Source: an uncultured bacterium
GTDB taxonomy: Bacteria > Verrucomicrobiota > Kiritimatiellia > CAIKKV01
Direction of reading: 5' to 3'
Length of the DNA stretch: 64,000 nucleotides
Assembly: GCA_938038445.1 (NCBI GenBank)
Contig: CALHRZ010000003.1
Coordinates: 86,788 to 150,787 of the forward strand
The translations under genes and the position numbers were made by a program. Shown here in pieces: positions 1 to 9,433 of the stretch. Every line of letters begins with the position of its first letter. Positions within the stretch are counted from its first letter, which is position 1. Under the pieces are notes generated by a model. It did no database searches. It worked only from the letters and a program-made list of their open reading frames with translations, and was not told the DNA's origin.

Positions 1-714
1 CTGGCGACGGCTTATGTACCTGGATCGCTGGCGATTTCGGTTTCGGCGGCGCTGCCCGATGCGATTGTGCGGTCAGCTCCGGCCACGCCGGCGGGAACGA
101 TGTCGGCGGCGTTTTGGGATCATCTTCGGCCTCGGCTTTCCGATTACTCGGCGATTTTGATTGGACCGGGTATGACGCCGCATCCGGACGTTCGGACGTT
201 GGTGGAACGGCTACTGGTGGAATGTCGGGTTCCACTGGTATTGGATGCGGATGCGCTGAACGTCCTGGAGGGGGACGCGGCGCGGGTGGCGGAGGCGGCA
301 GGACCTGTGATTCTTACGCCGCATCCGGGCGAGATGGGGCGTCTGCTGGGATGTTCGACGGCTGTGGTGCAGGAGGATCGCGAAGCGGCGTCGCGGAAGG
401 CGATTGAAAAGACGAGCGCCATTGTGGCGCTGAAAGGTGCCGGCACGTTGGTTGGAGCGCCCGGTCGGCCCCTTCATCTTAATCTGAGCGGGAATCCGGG
501 AATGGCGAAGGGAGGGACGGGGGACGTTCTGGCGGGGTTGATTGCGGGGTTGGCGGGGCAGGGGCTTGAACCGTTCGATGCGGTGCGTGCAGGCGTTTAT
601 CTTCACGGGCAAGCGGGCGACAGTGTCGCGCTAAGGGGGTCGCAACAAACGCTGTTGGCGAGCGATCTGGCGATGGAACTGACGGGGGTCTTTCGTGAAA
701 TCATGCTGCGCTGA
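1..714 (+). CDS. nnrD: NAD(P)H-hydrate dehydratase (YjeF C-terminal domain), 5'-truncated by the window edge
   Basis: Motifs IGPG, LVLDADALN, ILTPHPGEM, LKGAGT and GNPGMAKGGTGDVLAG. The frame is open back to base 1. Confidence 0.9.
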   Translation: MATAYVPGSLAISVSAALPDAIVRSAPATPAGTMSAAFWDHLRPRLSDYSAILIGPGMTPHPDVRTLVERLLVECRVPLVLDADALNVLEGDAARVAEAAGPVILTPHPGEMGRLLGCSTAVVQEDREAASRKAIEKTSAIVALKGAGTLVGAPGRPLHLNLSGNPGMAKGGTGDVLAGLIAGLAGQGLEPFDAVRAGVYLHGQAGDSVALRGSQQTLLASDLAMELTGVFREIMLR

Positions 715-731
715 ACGAAAGGAATTGTTTC

Positions 732-1544
732 ATGAGCCAGGAAATCGCGCCGAAAGACCGGTCTGCCGGCGCTGCTGTTGAAGCGTTGCTTGCGATCATG
801 GCACGGCTGCGGGGGCCTGGGGGTTGCCCGTGGGATGCCCGACAGACCCTGGAGACGCTCAAGGCGTTTCTCATTGAGGAGGCTTACGAGGTGTTGGATG
901 CGCTCGAGGCCGGAGATCCGGCTGCGCATCGGGAGGAACTCGGCGATTTGCTGCTTCAGGTGGTGTTTCAGGCGCGGGTGCGGGAGGAGGAGGGTGCCTT
1001 CACGTTTCGGGACGTCGTGGAAGCGATCATTGGCAAGCTGATTCGCCGGCATCCCCATGTTTTTGAAGGCGCGGACGCGCGAACGCCGGAAGCGGTGCTG
1101 AAACGATGGGAAGCCATCAAGGCGAGCGAAAAGGGCGGGGTGGGTCGGTCCGTGCTGGCTGGCGTGCCGCGTCATCTTCCGGCGTTGCAGCGCGCCCAGC
1201 AGGTGCAGGGGAGAGCGGCGCGGGTGGGTTTCGATTGGGCGGAAGCGCGGGACGTGGCGGCCAAGGTTGCGGAGGAATGGGGGGAAACGAGGGAGGCTCT
1301 TGAGAATGGGGATCCGCAGAAGGTTGAGGAAGAAATCGGCGATTTGCTTTTCGCGGTGGTCAATCTTTGCCGGTTTCATGGCGTTCAGGCGGAACAGGCG
1401 TTGGACCGTGCGACGGGCAAGTTTGTGCGCCGTTTTCAGGCGATGGAAGAACGGCTTCGGATGCGGGGGGAAGCGCCGGAAGACCTCTCTCTTGCCGAAT
1501 TGGATGCGCTATGGGAGGCGACGAAGCGGGAAGAGCGGGCTTGA
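732..1544 (+). CDS. mazG: Nucleoside triphosphate pyrophosphohydrolase MazG
   Basis: LRGPGGCPWD, EEAYEV, EELGDLLLQVVF, RRHPHVF, and a second domain with EEEIGDLLF. Confidence 0.95.
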   Translation: MSQEIAPKDRSAGAAVEALLAIMARLRGPGGCPWDARQTLETLKAFLIEEAYEVLDALEAGDPAAHREELGDLLLQVVFQARVREEEGAFTFRDVVEAIIGKLIRRHPHVFEGADARTPEAVLKRWEAIKASEKGGVGRSVLAGVPRHLPALQRAQQVQGRAARVGFDWAEARDVAAKVAEEWGETREALENGDPQKVEEEIGDLLFAVVNLCRFHGVQAEQALDRATGKFVRRFQAMEERLRMRGEAPEDLSLAELDALWEATKREERA

Positions 1545-1592
1545 ACCGCGCAACCCGATCGGCCAGAATGGGGACGAACGAAGGGCAGGAGC

Positions 1593-3032
1593 ATGACGGA
1601 CGAGCGCAATCTTTTTCGCGAGCAGCGGCTGGCGAACCGACATCGGCTCGAGGCGATGGGCATCGCCCCTTACGGGGATGCGTTTCCACGGGAACGGATA
1701 GTTGAGCTGGCGGCCCGTTTCCGGGAAGGGGAGTCCGCCCGAATTGCGGGCCGGTTGGTGCTCATTCGGAACATGGGCAAGAGCACGTTTGGGCATCTTG
1801 ATGACGGGACGGGCCGATTTCAGATTTACCTTCAGAAGAACGAGGTAGGTGACACGGCTTACGAGGCGTTTCGGTATCTTGATCCCGGCGATTGGATTGG
1901 GGTGGAGGGAGTGTTGTTCGTGACCCGGACGGGGGAACGGACGCTTCGGGTGGCGCGCTGGACGATGTTGTCCAAAGCGCTTCTTCCTCTTCCGGAAAAA
2001 TGGCATGGATTGCGCGATGTCGAGCAGCGTTATCGCCAGCGGTATCTGGATTTGATTGCCAATCGGGAGGTGCGAGAACTTTTCTGTCGGCGCAGCGCCC
2101 TGATTTGGGAGATTCGCCAATTTTTGCATACCGATGGGTTTATGGAGGTGGAGACGCCGATGCTTCAGCCTCAGGCCGGCGGTGCGGCGGCGCGTCCTTT
2201 CTTGACCCGGTATCATGCGCTGGATACCGACATGGCGCTTCGGATTGCTCCGGAATTGTATTTGAAGCGATTGTTGGTAGCAGGGTTCGACCGCATTTTC
2301 GAGTTAAATCGCAATTTTCGGAACGAGGGGTTGGATCGGACGCACAATCCCGAGTTCACGATGTTAGAGATTTACGAGGCTTATACGGACGTGCGCCGCA
2401 TGAAGGATCTTGTGCAGGCGTTGATTCTTCGGGTTGCGGATCGGGTCTATGGGAACCGAACGGTTGGGAAGGGGGAACAGGCGATTCGGCTGGATCCGCC
2501 GTGGCGGGAGGTGAGTTATCGGGATTTGGTGAAGGAACGGATGGGGGTGGACTGGTTCGAGTTGTCGGTTGAAGCGGCGCGTGCGCGTGCTCGGGCGGCG
2601 GGGCTCGAGGTGCCTGCGGACTGGGATCATCTGCTCATCACCCATGAAGTCTATGAAAAACTGATTGAACGCACCTTAATACAGCCGACATTTGTCACCC
2701 GCCTTCCAGCGGCTCTTCTTCCTTTGGCGCGACCCTGTGCGGACGATCCCGCGACGGCGGATGTTTTTGAGTTGGTCATTCGGGGGCAGGAGATAGCGCC
2801 GGCCTACACGGAGATGAACGATCCGCTGCTTCAACGGGAAGCGTTTCTTCGCCAGGCGGGGAACAATCTGCAAAAGGTGGACGAGGATTTTCTGACCGCG
2901 CTGGAGCATGGGATGCCGCCGGCCGGCGGCATGGGGGTGGGCATTGACCGGTTGGTCATGATCTTGAGCGGGGAGGAAGCGATTCGGGACGTCATTCTCT
3001 TTCCCCAGCTTCGGCCCCGCAACGAGGGATGA
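1593..3032 (+). CDS. lysS: Lysine--tRNA ligase (class II)
   Basis: OB fold, RYRQRYLDL, EVETPML, LRIAPELYLKRL, FRNEG..HNPEFT, GMPPAGGMGVGIDRL. Confidence 0.97.
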   Translation: MTDERNLFREQRLANRHRLEAMGIAPYGDAFPRERIVELAARFREGESARIAGRLVLIRNMGKSTFGHLDDGTGRFQIYLQKNEVGDTAYEAFRYLDPGDWIGVEGVLFVTRTGERTLRVARWTMLSKALLPLPEKWHGLRDVEQRYRQRYLDLIANREVRELFCRRSALIWEIRQFLHTDGFMEVETPMLQPQAGGAAARPFLTRYHALDTDMALRIAPELYLKRLLVAGFDRIFELNRNFRNEGLDRTHNPEFTMLEIYEAYTDVRRMKDLVQALILRVADRVYGNRTVGKGEQAIRLDPPWREVSYRDLVKERMGVDWFELSVEAARARARAAGLEVPADWDHLLITHEVYEKLIERTLIQPTFVTRLPAALLPLARPCADDPATADVFELVIRGQEIAPAYTEMNDPLLQREAFLRQAGNNLQKVDEDFLTALEHGMPPAGGMGVGIDRLVMILSGEEAIRDVILFPQLRPRNEG

Positions 3033-3036
3033 GGCG

Positions 3037-4257
3037 ATGCCGTTTCCGTTGTTTTTGGCCCTTAAGTATTTGAAACCCCGGCGGGCTTACTTTTCGGTCA
3101 TCACCCTGATTTCTCTTTTGGGTGTCCTGTTGGGGGTAGCGCTTCTCATCATCGTCCTTTCGGTAATGACGGGTTTTGACGACATGTGGAAGGAGAAGAT
3201 TCTGGGGTTTAACGCGCACATTACGGTGGGGGGTTCGGAGGTGCTGCATCAGCCGATGGAACTGGCGGATCGGATTGCGAAAGTGCCTGGGGTTCGAGCG
3301 GCCGCGCCCTATATTCAGGGTCCCGTCATGATTCGGCATGCGGGGGCGCTCTATACCCCGATTCTTCGGGGGGTAGACCCTGAGCGCGAGAGGGGGGTTA
3401 GCGCGGTGCCTTCGCATTTGGTAGCGGGAACCTTTCCCCGCCATCGGGGAGAAGTGGCCGTCGGGCAGGAACTGGCGATGCGGATGAATTTGAGAATTGG
3501 CGAACGGCTGACCGTTCATTCCCCCTCAGCCTTTTTGAGCGGGGAGGAGATCCGGTTGCCCGAGGAGTTGGAGGTGAGTGGCATCTTTTACGTGGGGATG
3601 TGGGATTTCGACATGCATTTTCTTTTTACCACGCTGGAAACCGCCCGCGATGTACACGGATTGCGGGACGGGGCTCATGCGATTCACGTCATGACCGAGG
3701 ATCCGCAGCGGGCGTGGGCCGTTGCCGGCCGGATTCGCGAAGCGCTGGAGTGGCGATATCCGGTGGAGACCTGGATGGAGCAGAATCAGCAGTTGTTTGG
3801 GGCGCTGAGGGTCGAGAAGAACATGATGTTTTTTCTTCTCATTTTCATTGCGATCGTGGCGGCGTTCGGCATCACGAATACGTTGATTACGCTCGCGGTT
3901 CAGAAGACGCGAGAGATCGGGCTTCTGAAGGCGATCGGCTTTTCGAATCTCCAGGTGACGGGGGTGTTTTTTGTCATCGGGTTTTTGCAGGGTTTGGCGG
4001 GCACGGTCGCGGGCATCCTGTTCGGGTTGGCGGTATTGAGCCGCCGCAATGAGATTCTCGAGGTGATGTCGACGCTCTTTCGGATGGATTTACTGCCGAA
4101 GGAGCTTTATCGGCTGAGCGAGATTCCTTCCCGGACGACGGTTGGAGACGTGGTGATTGTGGCGACCTTAGTGGTCTTGATTTGCACCATGGCGGGAATT
4201 CTTCCGGCCGGCCGGGCCGCCCGTTTGGATCCCGTGGAGGCGTTACGGAACGAATGA
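3037..4257 (+). CDS. lolE: Lipoprotein-releasing ABC transporter permease (LolC/E family)
   Basis: LIIVLSVMTGF, EKNMMF, REIGLLKAIG, PAGRAARLDPVEALR; immediately upstream of lolD. Confidence 0.88.
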   Translation: MPFPLFLALKYLKPRRAYFSVITLISLLGVLLGVALLIIVLSVMTGFDDMWKEKILGFNAHITVGGSEVLHQPMELADRIAKVPGVRAAAPYIQGPVMIRHAGALYTPILRGVDPERERGVSAVPSHLVAGTFPRHRGEVAVGQELAMRMNLRIGERLTVHSPSAFLSGEEIRLPEELEVSGIFYVGMWDFDMHFLFTTLETARDVHGLRDGAHAIHVMTEDPQRAWAVAGRIREALEWRYPVETWMEQNQQLFGALRVEKNMMFFLLIFIAIVAAFGITNTLITLAVQKTREIGLLKAIGFSNLQVTGVFFVIGFLQGLAGTVAGILFGLAVLSRRNEILEVMSTLFRMDLLPKELYRLSEIPSRTTVGDVVIVATLVVLICTMAGILPAGRAARLDPVEALRNE

Positions 4258-4940
4258 ATGGGCGTGCGGCAATCGTGGCGGAGGAGATTCGGATGGTTTA
4301 CCGTCTTCCGGGCTCTGAGTTGACGGTTCTGGACGGCGTTCGGCTTGAGGTAGGGGAAGGGGAACGTTTGGCCATCGCGGGGCCGAGCGGCGCGGGAAAA
4401 AGCACGCTGTTGCACATTTTGGGCGGGTTGCAGCGGCCGACGGCCGGGCGGGTGCGGGTAGGGGAGCAGGATGTGTACGGGATGGCGCCTTCGGACCGTT
4501 CCGTATGGCGCGCGTCTCATGTCGGATTTATTTTCCAGTTTTTTCATTTGATGCCGGAGTTGAGCGTTTTGGAAAATGTTCTGTTGCCGGCCATGGCGTT
4601 GGGACGTCCGCTGGGGCCGGCGCGCGTTCGGGCCGAAGCGTTACTGGCGGCCGTAGGGCTTGAGGGGCGGCGGCGGCATACGCCGTTGGAGCTTTCCGGC
4701 GGCGAACAGCAGCGGGTAGCGGTAGCCAGGGCGCTTCTGAACGATCCGGCGTTGATTCTGGCGGATGAGCCCACGGGCAGCCTGGACAGTCGGACGGGGC
4801 GGCAAGTATTGGATTTGTTGTTCAGTCTGACGGAGAAGGGGCACCGTGCGCTGGTCGTGGTGACGCACAATGAGGAGGTTGCCCGGCAGTGCGGGCGGGT
4901 GGTTCGGATGCGGGATGGGCGGATCGAATCCGACGGGTGA
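4254..4940 (+). CDS. lolD: Lipoprotein-releasing ABC transporter ATP-binding protein
   Basis: Walker A GPSGAGKS, GFIFQFFHL, LSGGEQQRVA, LADEPTG. Start placed at ATG 4254, which overlaps the lolE stop (ATGA). Confidence 0.88.
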   Translation: MNGRAAIVAEEIRMVYRLPGSELTVLDGVRLEVGEGERLAIAGPSGAGKSTLLHILGGLQRPTAGRVRVGEQDVYGMAPSDRSVWRASHVGFIFQFFHLMPELSVLENVLLPAMALGRPLGPARVRAEALLAAVGLEGRRRHTPLELSGGEQQRVAVARALLNDPALILADEPTGSLDSRTGRQVLDLLFSLTEKGHRALVVVTHNEEVARQCGRVVRMRDGRIESDG

Positions 4941-4965
4941 GTGGGGTGGCCGGAAGGTGGAGCGG

Positions 4966-5787
4966 ATGGGACTGACGATTTGTGTTTTAGGGAGCAGCAG
5001 CCAGGGGAACTGCACGTACGTTGGAACGGACACGACTGCGCTTTTGGTGGACGCGGGGTTTAGCGCCAGGGAAACGCTTCGGCGGATGGAGGAAGTCGGC
5101 CTGGAGCCGGCGCGGGTGCAGGGCATCTTGGTTACGCATGAGCACAGCGATCACACCCAGGGATTGGGCGTGCTGCATCGCCGGTTCGGATGGCCGGTGT
5201 ATGCGAATTCCGCGACGGCGGACAAGGTGGATCGCATGCCCCTTTTTGAAGAGCAACCCATTCTGTGGCGAATTTTTCAGACGGGGCAGCATTTCCGGAT
5301 CGGCGATATAGAAGTCGAGTCGTTTTCTGTGCCACACGACGCCGGCGATCCGGTGGGATTTCGGTTTGGAGCGGGGGGAGTTCGTGTGGGGTTAGTGACG
5401 GATATGGGAATGGCCACAACGTTGATTCGGGAGCGGTTACGGCCCTGCCGCGCGTTGGTGGTCGAGGCCAACCATGACGAGGACCTTCTGAAAAACTCGG
5501 GACGGCCCTGGTCTCTTATTCAGCGGATTTTGAGTCGGCACGGGCATCTTTCGAACGGGGCACTGGCGGAATTGCTGGGGGAAATTGGACACGGCCAGAT
5601 GACGGATGTATTTCTGGCCCATCTCAGCGAGGAATGCAATAAGCCGGAACTGGCATGTTGGGAAGTCCTGCGGGCGCTGCAATCGCGGCGTCAGAGTCAC
5701 ATCCGAATTCATTTGACTTATCCGGATCGTCCGAGTGAGCGGTTGACGATTGAGCCGGAGAAGGCGGATGGGACTGGCACCCCCTAG
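4966..5787 (+). CDS. MBL-fold metallo-hydrolase (YycJ/WalJ-like)
   Basis: LGSSSQGN, THEHSDH, PHDA, EANHD, GHLSN, LAHLSEECN. Start trimmed to ATG 4966. Confidence 0.85.
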   Translation: MGLTICVLGSSSQGNCTYVGTDTTALLVDAGFSARETLRRMEEVGLEPARVQGILVTHEHSDHTQGLGVLHRRFGWPVYANSATADKVDRMPLFEEQPILWRIFQTGQHFRIGDIEVESFSVPHDAGDPVGFRFGAGGVRVGLVTDMGMATTLIRERLRPCRALVVEANHDEDLLKNSGRPWSLIQRILSRHGHLSNGALAELLGEIGHGQMTDVFLAHLSEECNKPELACWEVLRALQSRRQSHIRIHLTYPDRPSERLTIEPEKADGTGTP

Positions 5788-5849
5788 GGGAATCGAACCC
5801 CTCTTTTCAGGATGAGAACCTGACGTCCTAACCGATAGACGAAGGGGGC
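5775..5849 (-). tRNA. tRNA-Glu(CTC)
   Basis: Reverse complement GCCCCCTTCGTCTATCGGTTAGGACGTCAGGTT-CTC-ATCCTGAAAAGAGGGGTTCGATTCCCCTAGGGGGTGCCA folds as a cloverleaf with encoded CCA. Confidence 0.95.
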
Positions 5850-5866
5850 GTGCTAAAGAGCGTTTG

Positions 5867-5895
5867 ATTATTTCCGATCGAAGGAAGGATGTCAA
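5867..5895 (-). promoter_or_regulatory. Sigma70-like promoter of tRNA-Glu
   Basis: TTGACA-17 bp-AATAAT just upstream of the tRNA 5' end. Confidence 0.6.
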
Positions 5896-5928
5896 GAAGA
5901 CGATTAGGACTTTCCTGTGTGATGGGCA

Positions 5929-6228
5929 TCAAGCGACTCGGGAACATTTCGGCCCCCCATTCGAATGAATGAGAATGAGATTTCGGATGTAGACCACGAG
6001 ACCGAAAGCCTGACCCAGAACGAAGACGGGATCGCGCCGCCAGATGGCATAGACAAAAACGAGCAGACCCCCGGCCATCGACAAATACCAGAAGGCGGTA
6101 GGGACAACGGAGTGGCCTCGACGCTCCGATGCCACCCATTGCACGAGGAACCGCATAAAAAAGCAGATCTGTCCGACCAGACCGAGCAAAGCCATCGGCT
6201 GCGAAAAGAATCCCATCCAGCTTTTCAA
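5929..6228 (-). CDS. Lipid A biosynthesis N-terminal (LAB_N) domain small membrane protein
   Basis: GQICFFMRFLVQWVASE..SVVPTAFWYLS..DPVFVLGQ..YIRNL. Probable TTG start overlaps the GT2 stop, with an AAAGGAG RBS upstream. Confidence 0.85.
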   Translation of the reverse strand: MKSWMGFFSQPMALLGLVGQICFFMRFLVQWVASERRGHSVVPTAFWYLSMAGGLLVFVYAIWRRDPVFVLGQAFGLVVYIRNLILIHSNGGPKCSRVA

Positions 6229-6992
6229 CTGTTCTCTCCTTTTTCGATGTGGAAATGGCGATAGCGTCGTTGCATCCAGCGGACCGCCCAAAGGTCCCAG
6301 ATCGTTTCCTTGAGTCTGCCGAGGTTGGTATACTTGCTGTGTCCTCCCGCTCGGGGGCGGTGGCGGACGGGCATCTGTTTGATCCGTGCTCCCCGCATGA
6401 TCCAGAAGGCGGGAAGAAAACGGTGCATTCCGCGAAACTCCATGGGCAAGTTGCGGAGAAATTCCGTTTTGACCGCTTTGAGGCTGCAGCCGGTATCCCG
6501 GATGCCGTCATGAAGAATGAGCTGCCGGATACGGTTGGCAATGCGGCTTCCCAGCCTTTTGCTGATTGAGTCTTGTCTGGACGCGCGGTATCCACAGCAC
6601 GCGTCGCAATCCTTTAGAGCGGCGATCAGCGGGGGAATATCCTGAGGGTCATTTTGACCGTCTCCGTCCATCAGAACCGCAATCTGGCCTCGGCATTCAC
6701 GGAAGCCGACGCCGAAAGCTGCGCTTTGGCCGGAGTTCGGCACAACGGTGAACACTCGGACCGTGGGGTATTGTTGGCACGCCGCTTTCAAGGCGGAGGC
6801 GGTCCCGTCGGTGGACCCATCGTTTACGAGAAGGATTTCGTAGGGTTCGTGCAGGGCATCGAGCACTTGAACCGCCTCATCCAATACCGCTCGAATGGAC
6901 TGTTCCTCATTATAGACGGGAATGATCAGGGAGATGCTCGGCGGGGCATGCTCATCGGTTGGACCATTGATTGTGGGACGGGGTTTATTCAC
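6225..6992 (-). CDS. GT2 polyprenyl-phosphate glycosyltransferase (ArnC/RgtE/DPM-like)
   Basis: IIPVYNEE, VNDGSTDGT, NSGQSAA, MDGDGQNDP, DTGCSLK, HRFLP. Confidence 0.9.
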   Translation of the reverse strand: MNKPRPTINGPTDEHAPPSISLIIPVYNEEQSIRAVLDEAVQVLDALHEPYEILLVNDGSTDGTASALKAACQQYPTVRVFTVVPNSGQSAAFGVGFRECRGQIAVLMDGDGQNDPQDIPPLIAALKDCDACCGYRASRQDSISKRLGSRIANRIRQLILHDGIRDTGCSLKAVKTEFLRNLPMEFRGMHRFLPAFWIMRGARIKQMPVRHRPRAGGHSKYTNLGRLKETIWDLWAVRWMQRRYRHFHIEKGENS

Positions 6993-7115
6993 GGGCGATT
7001 TCCGCGTTGGAAGAGTCGGGGATCATGGGCAATGAATTGCTTCTCGCATGCCGGCGAATTGGTGCAGCGTGTTTTCATGGTGAGGGATGCGTACGATTCA
7101 CAATATAGCATCTGA

Positions 7116-9002
7116 TTAGGGACTAGGAAACCGTGGGGGACAGTCGGCCGGTGAAGCGTTTGGCGCAAGGTGGGGCGAGGCGAGAATCAGCCAGGGGCCC
7201 TCGCGGCTCACGCATCGCCAGTCCTGCAAATTGGGTGCTTCATGGTAGATAGGCTCTTTTACGATCAGGATCGCCGGGCTGGAGCGGAGGGCGCGAGCGG
7301 CCTCTTGCTCATCGTGCACGATGCGTTGCAGGAGTTCTCCTTCGAGGGGCAAAACGACGTTGGACATTTCGTGACTCCGATAAACGAAGCGTTTCAAATA
7401 GAAGGGAAGCCCGTTGAGCCGCGCGCGGTACACCAAGATCGGCGCGGAGCCGTTTGGGTCGAGCCGGGCGATTTGTTGAGCGAGAGCGCGAAGGGAGCGA
7501 TTTCCCCCTATGATCAGGGTGTCAGCCTGCGAGGCAAGCGCCAGGAGGAGCGTGGCCCACGTGCCGGCCATCCAGAACAGAAAGGCACGCAGGGGCAATC
7601 CTTTCCGCAAGACGTGGGCGAGGAGCAGGAACGATAGGATGACGGAGATCGTAGCCAACCAGAAGCCGGCAGGTAATTCCCGAAGCGGCGGCAAATGGAT
7701 CCGCGGGCTCAAGGCCAGGGTCGGGAGCAAGAGCGGAAGGATGGCCAAAGCCCACGCACTGATGCGGGCCGGAAATCTCCATCGATCTTGGGTGTTTGGA
7801 TGTTCCAGTCCTCGGGCCAAGATTATGGAAAGGGGAGGCATCAGCGGCAAGAGGTAGGTGGCCATCTTCGAGACGGCCAACGAGAGGAGCAGATAGGGAA
7901 TGACGACCCAGCCCGTGAACAGCCACAGGCGGAGGGGGGACAGGGAAGATCGTCGGTGCCAAAGGTCCCGCGCCACGAGGGGGATGAACCCCGTCCAGGG
8001 AAGCAAACCGAGGAGGGACATTGCCGGGTAGAACCAGAAAGGCTTGGCACGGTGGTGGGTGTTGCTGGCGATGCGGCCAAACAATTCGAAATCCAAGAAA
8101 TAATGGAGAAGAACTTTATGGCGGGCAATGAGCGCCAGAAACCACGAAAGGCCGATTAGCAGCGCAAAGGGGAGCCCGATCCCCCAATAGAGTCGGGCAA
8201 CGGGTTTTCGATTCCGCCATTGCTCGGTTTGCAGGGCCAAGGCTGTGATCGAAGGGATGGCAATCCCCAGAGGACCTTTGGTCAAGAATCCCAGCCCCAT
8301 GGCGATATAAAAAACGGCGAGCCAACCCTTTTGGGCGCCGTGCAGGTAACGGATCACTCCGGTTACGGCCGCTGTGATGAAAAAGGTCAGCAGCATATCG
8401 GCCGTGAGGATGCGGGCCAGCAGCATAAAGCCGGTCGAACTCACCAAGATCAATCCTGCCTTCCACCGACATGACGGTCCGTAAAGGGTTCCGGCGGCAG
8501 AGATGGTCAGGAGTATTGTTCCGAAGGCCGCCAGAGCGGGCGTTAGGCGGACGGCCCATTCGTTGGCGCCGAAAAGACGGATGAAGCCGGCGGTGATCCA
8601 AAACGTGAGAGGGGGCTTTTGGAATTGGGGGACTCCGTTGAGATGAGGGATCAACCAGTTGGGTTGAAGCGCCATTTCGCGGGCGATTTCTGCATAGCGG
8701 CCTTCGTCCGGCTCCGAGAGCCCCCGACTGCCCAACCATCCTGCGAGAACGATGAGCGAGAGCCCGATGACAAGGAGCGTTTCTCGATTTACCCCTGTTC
8801 TAGGCGTAACGAAAATGCTCACCCGAATTCCTTTGTTTGGTGGTGAGATTTCAATCGGGACTTTTGCAAAAAGGGATGCAGGGAGAAGGGGGATGGGTCG
8901 GGGCAGTGGATTTCGTTCTGGTGAGTTTGCCGATTGCGGCGGGGATTCGAGCTTATCCACGACCGATGGGGAGCGGGAAAAAAGACCCTGCGACATCTGC
9001 AA
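7116..9002 (-). CDS. ArnT/GT83-like membrane glycosyltransferase (PMT_2 family)
   Basis: EPDEGRYAEIAREM, FQKPPL, EWAVRL, LTKGP, SKMATYLLP and many TM segments. The true start may be GTG 8822. Confidence 0.88.
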   Translation of the reverse strand: MQMSQGLFSRSPSVVDKLESPPQSANSPERNPLPRPIPLLPASLFAKVPIEISPPNKGIRVSIFVTPRTGVNRETLLVIGLSLIVLAGWLGSRGLSEPDEGRYAEIAREMALQPNWLIPHLNGVPQFQKPPLTFWITAGFIRLFGANEWAVRLTPALAAFGTILLTISAAGTLYGPSCRWKAGLILVSSTGFMLLARILTADMLLTFFITAAVTGVIRYLHGAQKGWLAVFYIAMGLGFLTKGPLGIAIPSITALALQTEQWRNRKPVARLYWGIGLPFALLIGLSWFLALIARHKVLLHYFLDFELFGRIASNTHHRAKPFWFYPAMSLLGLLPWTGFIPLVARDLWHRRSSLSPLRLWLFTGWVVIPYLLLSLAVSKMATYLLPLMPPLSIILARGLEHPNTQDRWRFPARISAWALAILPLLLPTLALSPRIHLPPLRELPAGFWLATISVILSFLLLAHVLRKGLPLRAFLFWMAGTWATLLLALASQADTLIIGGNRSLRALAQQIARLDPNGSAPILVYRARLNGLPFYLKRFVYRSHEMSNVVLPLEGELLQRIVHDEQEAARALRSSPAILIVKEPIYHEAPNLQDWRCVSREGPWLILASPHLAPNASPADCPPRFPSP

Positions 9003-9212
9003 GCTGATGCCATAGCCGAGATAATAGAAGAGCGAAACACCCGCGTCAATTCACTGTTGAAAGTCCTGGAGCTGATGGTGGAAGAGGGATAGCGATAACA
9101 GGCGCGAGAGAACTTTTTTTATGAACATCCGCAAAGATGCAGAAGGCGATGGTTCTTGTTGAGTCGGTCTTGACTTTTGGGAGGAAGCGGCTAAGGTATT
9201 GAAGTTTTTGGG

Positions 9213-9288
9213 GCCAACGTAGCTCAGCCGGTAGAGCAGCTCACTCGTAATGAGCAGGTCATCGGTTCGATTCCGATCGTTGGCTCCA
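9213..9288 (+). tRNA. tRNA-Thr(CGT)
   Basis: GCCAACGTAGCTCAGCCGGTAGAGCAGCTCACT-CGT-AATGAGCAGGTCATCGGTTCGATTCCGATCGTTGGCTCCA. Upstream TTGACT-16-TAAGGT. Confidence 0.96.
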
Positions 9289-9374
9289 TTTTTTTGTGGG
9301 GAAGGGCAATACAAGGTTGGGCTGGAAAAAGCGAGACGTCAGCCAACGGGTGTATCGGTACGTTTTTTTCGTGA

Positions 9375-9404
9375 TTGACAACGCCACAGATTCGAGCGTA
9401 TAGA
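9375..9404 (+). promoter_or_regulatory. Sigma70-like promoter of lemA-htpX
   Basis: TTGACA-18 bp-TATAGA, followed by an AAGGAGG RBS before ATG 9434. Confidence 0.55.
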
Positions 9405-9433
9405 AAATAAAAATATAATTAAAGGAGGCTGCC

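Noticed and set aside
732-1544. MazG as part of a toxin-antitoxin or anti-phage system
   Set aside because: It is a two-domain housekeeping MazG in an nnrD-mazG-lysS operon with no mazEF.
5850-9212. tRNA-integrated genomic island
   Set aside because: The segment lies at the 5' sides of both tRNAs, has no integrase, and I saw no duplicated tRNA 3' end.
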